Assembly: GCA_041483635.1 (NCBI GenBank)
Contig: JBGPGA010000002.1
Coordinates: forward strand, 1 to 58,680
DNA: 58,680 nt
Reading direction: 5' to 3'
Origin: Thermoplasmata archaeon
Lineage (GTDB): Archaea > Thermoplasmatota > Thermoplasmata > RBG-16-68-12
This document shows, in pieces, positions 9,107 through 17,874 of the stretch. The notes under the pieces are model-generated. The model made no database searches and had not been told where the DNA came from. It saw nothing but the letters and a program-made list of their open reading frames with translations. Made by a program: the position numbers and the translations under genes. Position 1 is the first letter of the stretch, and each line of letters begins with the position of its first letter.

Positions 9107-9217
9107 GGGGCATCGGAGGGACACGGGACGCCGTACTTGAGGCTGACGCAGGAAGGTTCCGGGGATGCGCGAACCTTAACTCCCCCGGCCCGATTCCCGC
9201 TCGGTGGAGGCAACGTC

Positions 9218-10747
9218 ATGAAGATCAACGTCGAGGCCGGGGACATCGCCCGCTGGGAGGACGAGGTCGTCGTCGTGAACCTCTTCGAAGGCGTCGGCCA
9301 CCCGGGCGGCGCGACGGGCGCCGTCGACGCGGCGATCGGCCATCAGATCACCGCCATGATCGCGACCGGCGACATCATCGGGAAGTTCAAGGAGATCGTG
9401 GTCTTCCCGAGCTTCGACCGGATCCCGGGCAACCGCGTGATGGTCGTCGGCCTCGGGAAGCGGGAGGCCTTCACCCTCGACCGCGTCCGGGAAGTCTCCG
9501 CCGCGGCGGCACTCCGGGTGCGCGAGATGGGTCTCCGCACGTTCGCGACGATCGTCCATGGCGCGGGCGTCGGCGACCTGGACCTCGGCGATACGACCGA
9601 GGCCGTTGTTGAAGGAACCCTCCTGGGACTGTACCGCTATACGGAGCACAAGACGGACCACGATCGGAAGAAGATCGAGTCCATGACGCTCGTGAACCTG
9701 GACAAGTCGCGAGCCGGCGCGATCCGCGATGCGGTTCACCGTGCCTCCGTCACGGCGACGATGACGAACTTCGCGCGGGACCTCATCAACGCCCCGAGTA
9801 ATGAGAAGACGCCGCGTCTCTTCACGGACCGCATCCGCACGGCCGCGAAGGAGGCGGGGGCGAAGCTGACCGTCTTCGACGAGAAGCAGCTCGAGAAGAT
9901 GGGCTTCGGTTGCCTTCTCGGGGTCGCGAAGGGCAGCGTGGAGCCGCCGCGCTTCCTGGTCCTCGAGCACAGCGGGGGCGGCAAGTCCAAACCGATCGTC
10001 CTCGTCGGCAAGGGCATCACCTTCGACTCGGGCGGCATCGCCCTGAAACCCCTCGAGGCCCTCGGGACGGACCCGATGTGGGTCATGCGCTACGACATGG
10101 GCGGGGCTGCGGCCGTGCTCGGTGCGGTCATCGCGGCCGCTCGTCTCAAGCTTCCCGTGAACGTCATCGCCCTGGCGCCCCTCACGGAGAACATGCCCAG
10201 CGGGAGCGCACAGAAGCCCGGAGACATCGTCCGGTCCTTCGGGGGGAAGACGATTGAGGTCCTCAATCCCGATGCGGAAGGTCGACTCGTCCTCGCGGAC
10301 GCGCTCGGCTACGCGAAGACGCTGAAGCCTCAGGCGGTCATCGATCTCGCCACCCTGACCGGCGCAGTGAAGGTGGCGCTCGGGAAGCATGCGGCCGGGA
10401 TGTTCTCGAACGATTCCGTGCTTGCGAAGCGCGTCGTCCAGGCCGCGGATGCCACATCGGAGCGGGTGTGGCAGCTCCCCCTCTGGGAGGAGTACGATGA
10501 GCAGATACAGAGCGACTTCGCGGACGTCAAGAACACGGGAGGCCGATCAGCCGGAGCGATCACAGCCGCGAGATTCCTCCAGAAGTTCGCTGAGGGCATG
10601 CGTTGGGCCCATCTCGACATCGCGGGCACGGGATGGATCGAGAGCAGTCCGGATTCCCCTAAGAAACCGTATCTCCCGAACGGCGCCTCAGGCTATGGCG
10701 TGCGGCTTCTGGTCCGCCTGTTGCGGGATTGGAGCGGGTCGCAATGA
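9218..10747 (+). CDS. pepA: Leucyl aminopeptidase (M17, PepA)
   Basis: VGKGITFDSGGIALKP, NPDAEGRLVLADAL and DIAGTGW blocks. ATG 9218 is preceded by GGTGGAGG. The upstream part of track ORF 8312-10747 is open reading frame without coding sense. Confidence 0.9.
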   Translation: MKINVEAGDIARWEDEVVVVNLFEGVGHPGGATGAVDAAIGHQITAMIATGDIIGKFKEIVVFPSFDRIPGNRVMVVGLGKREAFTLDRVREVSAAAALRVREMGLRTFATIVHGAGVGDLDLGDTTEAVVEGTLLGLYRYTEHKTDHDRKKIESMTLVNLDKSRAGAIRDAVHRASVTATMTNFARDLINAPSNEKTPRLFTDRIRTAAKEAGAKLTVFDEKQLEKMGFGCLLGVAKGSVEPPRFLVLEHSGGGKSKPIVLVGKGITFDSGGIALKPLEALGTDPMWVMRYDMGGAAAVLGAVIAAARLKLPVNVIALAPLTENMPSGSAQKPGDIVRSFGGKTIEVLNPDAEGRLVLADALGYAKTLKPQAVIDLATLTGAVKVALGKHAAGMFSNDSVLAKRVVQAADATSERVWQLPLWEEYDEQIQSDFADVKNTGGRSAGAITAARFLQKFAEGMRWAHLDIAGTGWIESSPDSPKKPYLPNGASGYGVRLLVRLLRDWSGSQ

Positions 10748-10775
10748 TGGGTTCTCGCACCTCTCGAATCCCATA

Positions 10776-10783
10776 GACTTATG
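10776..10783 (+). promoter_or_regulatory. TATA-like element GACTTATG for ogg
   Basis: 33 nt upstream of TTG 10809. Confidence 0.4.
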
Positions 10784-10808
10784 CAATTCCAGACGGTACG
10801 TCGGATCC

Positions 10809-11462
10809 TTGGCCACGTACCGGGACTTGAAGATTCTGCGAGTGGAACTCGCGGCGAAGAGGGCACCCATCGAGGCCCGACTAGCCGAGTTCCGCCAGAT
10901 CGGGACGGGTTCCGATGCGGCCCTATTCCAGGAACTCTGCTTCGCGATTCTGGCGATCCAGTCCAGCGCCCGATCGAGCGATTCCGCGGTCCGGGCTCTC
11001 GCGGCCGGAGGTCTCTTGCGGTCCGGGAGTGAGGCAGACATCGCCCGGTTCCTCCATCATCGAACGCGATTCCACAACCACAAGGCCGCGTACATCGTAC
11101 GGGCGCGCGAACGATTCTTCCCGGGCGACACGCCGCGGTTGCGGAACGATCTCGACTCCTTCCCCTCGTCGCGCGAGGCGCGCGCATGGCTGGTCGAGGA
11201 GGTCGATGGGTTCGGCTTCAAGGAGGCAAGCCATTTCCTTCGCAACATCGGCCGCGGCGAGGATCTGGCCATCCTGGACCGCCACATCCTCCGGAATCTC
11301 CTCCGGCACGGGGTCATCGGCCGCCTGCCGAAGTCTCTGACTCCGAGACGCTACCTTGTGATCGAGGCCCGAGTGCAGGACTTCGCGGACGCGATTGGCG
11401 TCTCCCTGGGTGTGCTCGATCTGCTGTGGTGGAGCCGACAGACCGGGGAGATTTTCAAGTGA
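10809..11462 (+). CDS. ogg: N-glycosylase/DNA lyase, archaeal Ogg2-type 8-oxoguanine glycosylase
   Basis: FQELCFAILAIQS, HNHKAAYIV, GFGFKEASHFLRNIG and AILDRHILR match M. jannaschii Ogg closely. TTG 10809 was chosen because TATA-like GACTTATG lies 33 nt upstream and the N-terminal length then matches MjOgg. Confidence 0.8.
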   Translation: MATYRDLKILRVELAAKRAPIEARLAEFRQIGTGSDAALFQELCFAILAIQSSARSSDSAVRALAAGGLLRSGSEADIARFLHHRTRFHNHKAAYIVRARERFFPGDTPRLRNDLDSFPSSREARAWLVEEVDGFGFKEASHFLRNIGRGEDLAILDRHILRNLLRHGVIGRLPKSLTPRRYLVIEARVQDFADAIGVSLGVLDLLWWSRQTGEIFK

Positions 11463-11480
11463 GGCGTGTACGGAGGGCCC

Positions 11481-11705
11481 TCAGAAGGCCCTCCGGTCGC
11501 GGAGGAACCATGCGGTCCACAGGACTGCGATGGCCGCAGCATCGGCGAGCCCCGTGAGCAAGAGGACGCTGAGGTCCGTGGAGATGCTCGGACTCGGCAG
11601 GAACGTCAGGTACGTGAACAGGAACGCAAACCAGACGAAGGCGATGAGGACCGTCCCCGCGATGCGGGTCAGGAGCGATCCGCGGTATGTCATCCGCGGC
11701 CCCAT
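11481..11705 (-). CDS. Small two-TM membrane protein (hypothetical)
   Basis: 74-aa ORF with two clear hydrophobic helices in an otherwise unassigned gap. No homology recognised. Confidence 0.35.
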   Translation of the reverse strand: MGPRMTYRGSLLTRIAGTVLIAFVWFAFLFTYLTFLPSPSISTDLSVLLLTGLADAAAIAVLWTAWFLRDRRAF

Positions 11706-11742
11706 CGAGGCCGTCGCGGAAAGCGTTTCGCCAGCCGCGGTG

Positions 11743-11750
11743 CGTTAAGT
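11743..11750 (+). promoter_or_regulatory. TATA-like element CGTTAAGT for mutY
   Basis: 31 nt upstream of GTG 11774. Confidence 0.45.
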
Positions 11751-11773
11751 AGCCGGGTCGGCATTTCCACGTT

Positions 11774-12883
11774 GTGGAAGGCCCATTCCCTCCTTTGATC
11801 CAGGAGCGGCTGCTTGCCTGGTTCGATGCGAGCCACCGGGACATGCCCTGGCGGAACACGAAGGATCCGTACCGCATCCTCGTGGCGGAATACCTCCTCC
11901 AGCGCACCCGGGTCGCCTCGGGCACTCCGTACTACGAGCGGTTCATCGCCCAGTTCCCGAACGTGCAGGCGCTCGCGAGCGCCTCCGAAGAGGACGTCCT
12001 CCGAGCCTGGGAGGGCCTTGGATTCTACCGCCGCGCGCGGAACCTCCATGCCGCCTCCCGTGCGATTCTTCGAGACCATGGCGGCAGCGTCCCGTCGGAC
12101 GCGGCGACCCTCGCGACCCTTCCCGGAATCGGCCCCTACACGGCCGGCGCGGTCGCCTCGATCGCGTTCGGGGAACGGGTGCCCGCCGTGGACGGCAACG
12201 TGACCCGCGTCATCGCGCGGCTGTTCCGGGTCGAGGCCGACGTCACGACGCGCGCGGGGCGGGCCGACATCGCCGAACGGGCCGGATCCCTCGTGCCTGA
12301 GGGCCGACCGGGCTCCTTCAACCAGGCTATGATGGAGCTCGGGTCCACCGTCTGCACCCCGGTCCGGCCCGAGTGCGCGACCTGCCCCCTCGAATCGGTC
12401 TGCCTCGCCCGCCAGGCGGGGGTTCAGTCCTCCCTCCCGCGGACGCCGGGAATGAAGCGACCTGTGTCCGTCCCGGTGTCCTTCGCATACATCCGCTCCC
12501 TCGGACGGACGCTCCTCGTCCGACGCGGGAAGTCCGAGCTGCTCGGAGGGCTGTGGGCCCTCCCCGGAGGCGAGGTCTCGCGGAGCCGGGGCAAGGGCGC
12601 AGGGCTCCGGGACGTGGTGGAAGCCCAGACCGGGCTTCGCGTGGACGTCAGGGAGGAAGTGGCCCGCATCAACCAAGCATTCTCCCATCGCCGGTGGTCG
12701 GGAGGCGTGTACCGTTGCGTACCCCGCCGATCCGAGCCGCTGACCGCGGCCTCCCGATGGGTCTCCACGGAGGAGGCGAAGCGTCTCCCCCTCATCCCCT
12801 CCCATCGCGAGCTCCTGGCGGGGCTCACGTCTCGAAGGTCTCTAGAGTCGTTCGCCGAGTCCCCACGTCGCCGGGTGAAGTGA
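11774..12883 (+). CDS. mutY: A/G-specific adenine DNA glycosylase MutY
   Basis: RDMPWRNTKDPYRILVAEYLLQRT, LPGIGPYTAGAVASIAF, VDGNVTRV, a CxxxxxxCxxCP Fe-S cluster, and a C-terminal NUDIX-like domain (GGLWALPGGE). GTG start with TATA CGTTAAGT 31 nt upstream. Confidence 0.85.
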   Translation: MEGPFPPLIQERLLAWFDASHRDMPWRNTKDPYRILVAEYLLQRTRVASGTPYYERFIAQFPNVQALASASEEDVLRAWEGLGFYRRARNLHAASRAILRDHGGSVPSDAATLATLPGIGPYTAGAVASIAFGERVPAVDGNVTRVIARLFRVEADVTTRAGRADIAERAGSLVPEGRPGSFNQAMMELGSTVCTPVRPECATCPLESVCLARQAGVQSSLPRTPGMKRPVSVPVSFAYIRSLGRTLLVRRGKSELLGGLWALPGGEVSRSRGKGAGLRDVVEAQTGLRVDVREEVARINQAFSHRRWSGGVYRCVPRRSEPLTAASRWVSTEEAKRLPLIPSHRELLAGLTSRRSLESFAESPRRRVK

Positions 12884-12951
12884 GTCCGTATCAAAGACGA
12901 GATTCGCCGGCGTCCTTTGATAGTCTCGCAGAGTCACCGAGGGCCGATTCC

Positions 12952-13395
12952 ATGACCTCCGGTGCCACCGCCGTCCTCGTCTTCCCCGGACGACGGGTCC
13001 AGGACCTCCTCGTCGCCTACGAGAAGGCGCTCGTCGACTCGGGCTTCGAGATCAAGCAGCATGACTGGACGGGCCAGTACTACGTCCACAAGGCCATCCT
13101 CGGGAGCAAGGCGAAAGCCTACCTCGTCCGGAGGATTGTTCCCTTCGGCGAACTCACGAAGTCAGGCAACCGCCTCGGGGCGGAGGCCCAGATCTACCCC
13201 TCCGGCAACGAGGCGGTTCTCCGCGTCGCAATCGTCCCCTACATGGAGCTGTTCAACAAGGCGGAGGTCGCCTTCTTGACCCAGGGCGTGTTCGAGAAGA
13301 TCGTCGACGACGACTGGAGCGTCGAGAAGCTGCATGAGGTCCTGAACCACATGGCGGCAATGGGGTTCGCCGGCCAGATCCCGGTCCGCCCGTGA
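12952..13395 (+). CDS. Hypothetical protein (147 aa)
   Basis: ATG 12952 lies within track ORF 12373-13395. The region upstream of it is Pro/Arg/Gly-rich nonsense, while the downstream sequence has normal protein composition. No family recognised. Confidence 0.5.
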   Translation: MTSGATAVLVFPGRRVQDLLVAYEKALVDSGFEIKQHDWTGQYYVHKAILGSKAKAYLVRRIVPFGELTKSGNRLGAEAQIYPSGNEAVLRVAIVPYMELFNKAEVAFLTQGVFEKIVDDDWSVEKLHEVLNHMAAMGFAGQIPVRP

Positions 13396-13397
13396 AC

Positions 13398-13405
13398 CCT
13401 TAAGC
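13398..13405 (+). promoter_or_regulatory. TATA-like element CCTTAAGC for trmY
   Basis: 30 nt upstream of GTG 13428. Confidence 0.45.
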
Positions 13406-13427
13406 ACTTCGCGCCCTTCCGTCCCCC

Positions 13428-14009
13428 GTGCGCCGTTTCCTCGTCGTGGGTCACCGTGCCGTCACGTCCCCGGATTTCTCCCTCGACGACCTGGCGGGGG
13501 CCGCGGGACGGATGGACATCCTCCTGAGCGCCGCGAACGCCGCCCTGCTCCTTGCGCACGACATCCGGCGGGATGCGGAGGCCGACCTGCTCCTCCTCGG
13601 ACCGCCCGACCCGCCGCGGTTCGTCCGGATCCTCGGGGACCGCGTGCGCTCCTACCAGCCCGATCTCCGCAGCAACGCGGCCCTCCTCCGGAAGGCCCTC
13701 GAGCACGGCTCGCGCGTCGAGCGGGAAGTGTCCCCCGGAATCCTCGCCTCCAAGTCCGGCTTGGAGGAGGCGCTGGACCGCCTCGGACCCGCGTTCGTCT
13801 ACCTGAAAGAAGGTGCGCCCGACGTCCGCGGCCTGGCCCTCCCCCGGGACGGGACCTTCGTCCTCTCCGACAACCAGGATCTGACCGCGGAGGAGGAGAG
13901 GGCCGTCCTGGCCCGCCACGCGGTCGTCGCGGGGCTCGGGCCTCACGCCCTCCACGCCGATCACGCCATCGTGTTGGTGCAGAACGAACTCGACCGGAGG
14001 CAAGTATGA
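13428..14009 (+). CDS. trmY: tRNA (pseudouridine54-N1)-methyltransferase TrmY (SPOUT, DUF358)
   Basis: MRRFLVVGHRAVTSPDFSLDDLAGAAGRMDILL, PDLRSNAALL and the C-terminal knot region are typical of archaeal TrmY. GTG start with TATA CCTTAAGC 30 nt upstream. Confidence 0.75.
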   Translation: MRRFLVVGHRAVTSPDFSLDDLAGAAGRMDILLSAANAALLLAHDIRRDAEADLLLLGPPDPPRFVRILGDRVRSYQPDLRSNAALLRKALEHGSRVEREVSPGILASKSGLEEALDRLGPAFVYLKEGAPDVRGLALPRDGTFVLSDNQDLTAEEERAVLARHAVVAGLGPHALHADHAIVLVQNELDRRQV

Positions 14010-15106
14010 ACGAGACGGAGTTCGTACGTACGACCCTCTCGGAGTTCGTACGGATACCTTCGGCGGCGGACTCCGACCCGTCCGCCATCCTGGAGGCGGC
14101 CCGGGCCGTCATGGAGGACATGGGGCTCCGCCCCGTCGTCCATGAGGACGTCCAGGTCGTCGAAGCCTCGTCCGGCCCGGGTGGGATCCTCCTGAACGGC
14201 CACCTCGACACAGTCCCGGTGGCATCGGGTTGGACGAAGTCCCAGGGCGCATGGGAGGGCGACATCCTGTACGGACGCGGGACGGCAGACATGAAGGCCG
14301 GGTGCGTCGCGGCCCTGGCCGCGGCCCGCAGTCTCCTGGATCGTGGCAAGGCGGTCTCCCTCCTCTTCACGACGGACGAAGAGACGACGATGGTGGGCTC
14401 GAAGGCGCTCGCCGGGTCACCAATCGTGAAGGAGGCCGCGGCGGTCGTCGTCCTCGAACCGACGGGACTCCGGGTCATCGCGAGTGAGAAGGGCGTGCTC
14501 TGGTACCGCGCGACGACCCATGGCCGGAGCGCCCACGGGAGCATGCTCCACCTGGGCGACAATGCGATCCAGCGGATGGCCCGGGTCCTCGAACGGCTCG
14601 AGTCGTACTCCCATCCCCAAGACGTCCTGGGCGACGTCACGGTCAACGCGGGGCAGATCCGCGGAGGGGTCGCCCCCAACGTCGTGGCGGACGCCTGCAC
14701 CGTGGAACTGGACTGCCGCCATCCGCCGTCCGTGACGAAGGCGGGCGTCGAGACGATCCTCCGTGCGGCCTTCCGGGAGGCGAAGGAGGAGGTGAGCCTC
14801 GAGACGATCCACGAGGTCCCCGCCGCCGCGGTCGCGTTCGACGCCCCGCACGTCCGTCGGCTCCGCGAGCTCGCGGGAGCCGAGGTCGTCGGCGTCCCCT
14901 ACGCCACGGAGATGGCCTGGTACGCCGCGTACAACCCGCGGTGCGTCGTCTTCGGGCCCGGGGACACCGCGCGCATCCATGTTCCCGACGAGCGCGTCTC
15001 CCTCAGGGAGACCGTGCGGGCGTCGGACATCCTCGTTCGGTACGCCGAGCGGCTCGGGCCCCTTCAATACGGCTCGACCAAAACCTATAAGGTCCGCCGC
15101 GAGTAG
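14006..15106 (+). CDS. M20 family deacylase (ArgE/DapE/LysK-like)
   Basis: LLNGHLDTVP, YGRGTADMKAG and LFTTDEETT metal-ligand blocks. ATGA overlap with the trmY stop. Confidence 0.8.
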   Translation: MNETEFVRTTLSEFVRIPSAADSDPSAILEAARAVMEDMGLRPVVHEDVQVVEASSGPGGILLNGHLDTVPVASGWTKSQGAWEGDILYGRGTADMKAGCVAALAAARSLLDRGKAVSLLFTTDEETTMVGSKALAGSPIVKEAAAVVVLEPTGLRVIASEKGVLWYRATTHGRSAHGSMLHLGDNAIQRMARVLERLESYSHPQDVLGDVTVNAGQIRGGVAPNVVADACTVELDCRHPPSVTKAGVETILRAAFREAKEEVSLETIHEVPAAAVAFDAPHVRRLRELAGAEVVGVPYATEMAWYAAYNPRCVVFGPGDTARIHVPDERVSLRETVRASDILVRYAERLGPLQYGSTKTYKVRRE

Positions 15107-15119
15107 CGGCCGCGACACC

Positions 15120-16316
15120 ATGCCAAGCTCGGACAAGGGCCGGGACTTCTACATCGCCACGGAAGAGGAGATCCACGCCGGGAAGACGACGGACGTCTAC
15201 TTCCTGCGGACCCTGGACATCCTCAAGAAGGCGGGGAAGGACCGGACCGTCGTCGACGCGGAAGTCACCACGGGCGGCCTGCCGAACGGGTGGCCCTGGG
15301 GAATCCTGGCCGGGATCGAGGAGGCCGTGCATCTCCTGAAGGGGAAGGACGTGAGCCTTTGGTCCCTCCCCGAGGGAACCCTGTTCCAGCCGCGCACGCC
15401 GCGCGGCGTCCCGCTGCCCGTCATGACGTTGCAGGGGCCGTATGGCGACTGGGCGTTGTATGAAACGCCCCTGCTCGGGCTCATCTGTCAGACGAGCGGA
15501 ATCGCGACGAAGGCGGCGCGGCTGCGCAAGCTCGCGAACGGCAAGCAGATCTTCTCCTTCGGGGTGCGGCGGATGCATCCGGGGATCGCGCCGCTCATCG
15601 AGCGCTCCGTCTACGTGGGCGGGCTCGACGCGATCACGACGCCCCTCGGTTCCTCCATCCTGGGCCTGCCTGCGATGGGCACGATGCCCCACGCCCTGGT
15701 CATCGTCATGGGCGGGTCGCGCGAGGCGTTCCATGCCGTCCAGAAATACCTGGAGAAAAGGATCCCGCGCATCGCCCTCGTCGACACCTACTACGATGAG
15801 AAGACGGAGACCCTCCTCGCCCTGGAGGAGATCCCGAATCTGGCCGGCGTCCGCCTCGACACGCCATCCTCTCGCCGCGGGAACTTCCCGCAGATCGTCC
15901 GCGAGATCCGCTGGGAGCTGGATGTCCGAGGCCACAAGGACGTCAAGATCTATGTCTCGGGCAACATCGACGAGAAGACGATCCCCGCTCTCCTGGCCGC
16001 AGGCGCGGATGGGTTCGGCATCGGCACCTCCCTGAGCAACGCTCCGACCATCGACTTCGCGTGCGACATCGTCGAGATCGAGGGAAAGCCCGTGGCGAAG
16101 CGGGGGAAGTTCGGAGCGCGGAAGGAGCCGCTCCGTTGTCCCAAGTGCGGCACCTATGAAGTCGGCGTGAGCAAGTGCCCCGCGTGTGGCAGTTCGATGA
16201 AGCCCGTCTACGTCCAGTATCTGAACCGCGGGCAGCTAGAAGCGGATCTGCCCCCTCTCTCGGAGATCCGGAGCCGCGTCATCGCGGAGCTCGACCGCGC
16301 CGCACTCGAGGCCTGA
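15120..16316 (+). CDS. pncB: Nicotinate phosphoribosyltransferase, archaeal type with C-terminal zinc knuckle
   Basis: TDVYFLRT, GTMPHALV, VRLDTPSSRRGNF, and C-terminal CPKCG..x..CPACG. Confidence 0.85.
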   Translation: MPSSDKGRDFYIATEEEIHAGKTTDVYFLRTLDILKKAGKDRTVVDAEVTTGGLPNGWPWGILAGIEEAVHLLKGKDVSLWSLPEGTLFQPRTPRGVPLPVMTLQGPYGDWALYETPLLGLICQTSGIATKAARLRKLANGKQIFSFGVRRMHPGIAPLIERSVYVGGLDAITTPLGSSILGLPAMGTMPHALVIVMGGSREAFHAVQKYLEKRIPRIALVDTYYDEKTETLLALEEIPNLAGVRLDTPSSRRGNFPQIVREIRWELDVRGHKDVKIYVSGNIDEKTIPALLAAGADGFGIGTSLSNAPTIDFACDIVEIEGKPVAKRGKFGARKEPLRCPKCGTYEVGVSKCPACGSSMKPVYVQYLNRGQLEADLPPLSEIRSRVIAELDRAALEA

Positions 16317-16322
16317 GCGCGG

Positions 16323-16330
16323 CCTTTATC
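16323..16330 (+). promoter_or_regulatory. TATA-like element CCTTTATC
   Basis: Immediately after the NAPRTase stop; 32 nt upstream of GTG 16355. Confidence 0.45.
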
Positions 16331-16354
16331 GTGCCGCACCCGCCTGGGGTGTCC

Positions 16355-17035
16355 GTGGCCTCGGCGACGAAGGCGGAGGTCCGGGCGACCTATGAGCGCA
16401 TCGCGGAGCCCTTCGCGGCCTCCCGCGAGGAGCCCTGGCCGGAGGTCCTCTCCTTCGCGACCTCGCTCCCCGAAGCGGCGCGCATCGCGGATGTGGGGTG
16501 CGGTAACGGCCGCCACGCGAGGGCCCTCGCCGCCTCGGGACACGCCGTCGTCGCGGTCGACTTCGCACGGAACCTGCTCCTGATCGGCCGACGCGGATCT
16601 CGCGGCCGCCTGTGGGGTCAGCACATTTGTTGGATCCAGGCCGAGGCGACGACCCTCCCGCTGCGCTCCGCCTCGATGGATGCGGCCCTCTGCGTCGCCG
16701 TCCTCCATCATCTGCCCTCGGTCGACGAGCGCATCGTCGCCCTGCGAGAGCTCCGCCGGATCCTTCGGTCCGGAGGCCGCGCGTTCGTCAGCGTCTGGGC
16801 CCTCGATCAGCCCCGCTTCCGGAAGGCGGTCGAGGCGCGGCAGCATCTGCCCCCGGATGTGCGGGGGGACGTGGAGATCCCGTGGACGATGCCCGACGGG
16901 GTCGTCATCCCGCGGTACTACCATCTGTTCCAGGAGGGCGAGCTGGAGGAATTGATTATCGAATCCGGGCTTCACGGAGAAAGGTTTTTCCGGGGCCCAG
17001 GAAACCTCTTCGCGGAAGCTTCGAGCCATGGCTGA
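16355..17035 (+). CDS. Class I SAM-dependent methyltransferase (Trm9/type-11-like)
   Basis: IADVGCGNGRH (motif I), VAVDFA, and LHHLPS...LRELRRILRSGGRAFVSVW. The start is uncertain among GTG 16331, 16349 and 16355. I chose 16355 because it lies 32 nt from TATA CCTTTATC. Confidence 0.7.
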   Translation: MASATKAEVRATYERIAEPFAASREEPWPEVLSFATSLPEAARIADVGCGNGRHARALAASGHAVVAVDFARNLLLIGRRGSRGRLWGQHICWIQAEATTLPLRSASMDAALCVAVLHHLPSVDERIVALRELRRILRSGGRAFVSVWALDQPRFRKAVEARQHLPPDVRGDVEIPWTMPDGVVIPRYYHLFQEGELEELIIESGLHGERFFRGPGNLFAEASSHG

Positions 17036-17216
17036 TGTTGGCACGGCCGTCACGGACTTCTTCGGGACGCTCGGCAGGAATCCCGTCTACCTCCTCTTGA
17101 CGGTGGCCGGCGTTGCGGCCCTCCTCCTCGTGATCATCGCCCACCACATCCACAAGATCCGGAGCCAGGAGATTTTCGTCCACCAGGCCTGGGGCGCGAA
17201 CTGGAAAGGCCGGTGA
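17028..17216 (+). CDS. Small single-TM protein (hypothetical)
   Basis: 62 aa with one hydrophobic helix. ATG overlaps the methyltransferase stop (ATGGCTGA), and its own stop overlaps a GTG (GTGA) upstream of gcvH. Confidence 0.35.
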   Translation: MADVGTAVTDFFGTLGRNPVYLLLTVAGVAALLLVIIAHHIHKIRSQEIFVHQAWGANWKGR

Positions 17217-17239
17217 GGTCGAAATCCTCATATCCGGTC

Positions 17240-17650
17240 ATGGCTTCGTGCCCGCTCGGTGCATCTGTGTCCAAGATCCCCGAGGACCTCCGCTACACGA
17301 AGGACCACGAGTGGGCGAAGATCGAAGGGAACCGAGCCCGGGTCGGGATCACGGACCATGCCCAGAACGAGCTGACCGACGTCGTCTACGTCGAGTTCCC
17401 GCCGATCGGCAAGACGTTCGCGCGAGGCGACGTCCTCGGCACGGTCGAGTCCGTGAAGGCAGTCAGCGAGATCTTCTCCCCGCTGTCCGGCAAGATCCTC
17501 GAGGTGAACAAGGTGCTCGATGACACCCCGGAGCAGGTCAACAAGGACCCGTACGGCGCGGGATGGATGGTCCTGCTCGAGCTCTCGAACCCGGCGGAGG
17601 TGTCGGACCTCCTCGACGCGTCGGCCTACAAGAAGCTCGTCGGCGACTGA
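17240..17650 (+). CDS. gcvH: Glycine cleavage system H protein
   Basis: YTKDHEWAK, GITDHAQ and VESVKAVSEIFSPLSG (lipoyl-Lys motif). Start taken at ATG 17240; the track ORF begins at GTG 17213. Confidence 0.9.
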   Translation: MASCPLGASVSKIPEDLRYTKDHEWAKIEGNRARVGITDHAQNELTDVVYVEFPPIGKTFARGDVLGTVESVKAVSEIFSPLSGKILEVNKVLDDTPEQVNKDPYGAGWMVLLELSNPAEVSDLLDASAYKKLVGD

Positions 17651-17676
17651 GGCGAGAGCGGATCCGGGAACGAACC

Positions 17677-17684
17677 CTTTTATC
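17677..17684 (+). promoter_or_regulatory. TATA-like element CTTTTATC for tRNA-Arg
   Basis: 29 nt upstream of tRNA position 1 (17706). This calibrates the TATA-to-TSS distance without reference to a start codon. Confidence 0.5.
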
Positions 17685-17705
17685 GGCAGGGGCGGTTCGG
17701 CCCGC

Positions 17706-17780
17706 GGGCACGTAGGCTAGTTTGGACTAGGCTAGAGGCCTTCGGAGCCTCAGACCGGGGTTCGAATCCCCGCGTGCCCG
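17706..17780 (+). tRNA. tRNA-Arg (anticodon TCG)
   Basis: Cloverleaf read by eye. Acceptor GGGCACG/CGTGCCC. D arm GGCT-AGTTTGGACTA-GGCT (with G-U pairs). Anticodon arm GAGGC-CTTCGGA-GCCTC. 4-nt variable loop. T arm CGGGG-TTCGAAT-CCCCG. Discriminator G. No encoded CCA. Confidence 0.85.
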
Positions 17781-17874
17781 TCTCGTCTCGCGTTTGTCAA
17801 CCCGGGGTCATTGCCGAGACATACCAACAAATACGAGATATCCAGCTCGTCGATCCAATTCAAGAAGGGCCGGG

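Noticed and set aside
8312-9217. N-terminal 302 residues of track ORF 8312-10747, upstream of the pepA ATG.
   Set aside because: This part is Arg/Pro-rich nonsense and overlaps the well-supported acr3 and arsC genes on the other strand. M17 aminopeptidase homology begins only at MKINVEAG (9218), which is preceded by GGTGGAGG.
16100-16316. C-terminal zinc ribbon on the NAPRTase as a novel fusion.
   Set aside because: Archaeal NAPRTases (for example the Thermoplasma enzyme) are known to carry a C-terminal zinc-knuckle-like domain, so this is the normal architecture.
17213-17239. GTG 17213 (GTGA overlap with the upstream small ORF) as the gcvH start.
   Set aside because: It adds nine residues not seen in GcvH proteins. 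ATG 17240 gives the usual distance of about 10 residues before the IPEDLRYT motif. The longer form cannot be excluded.
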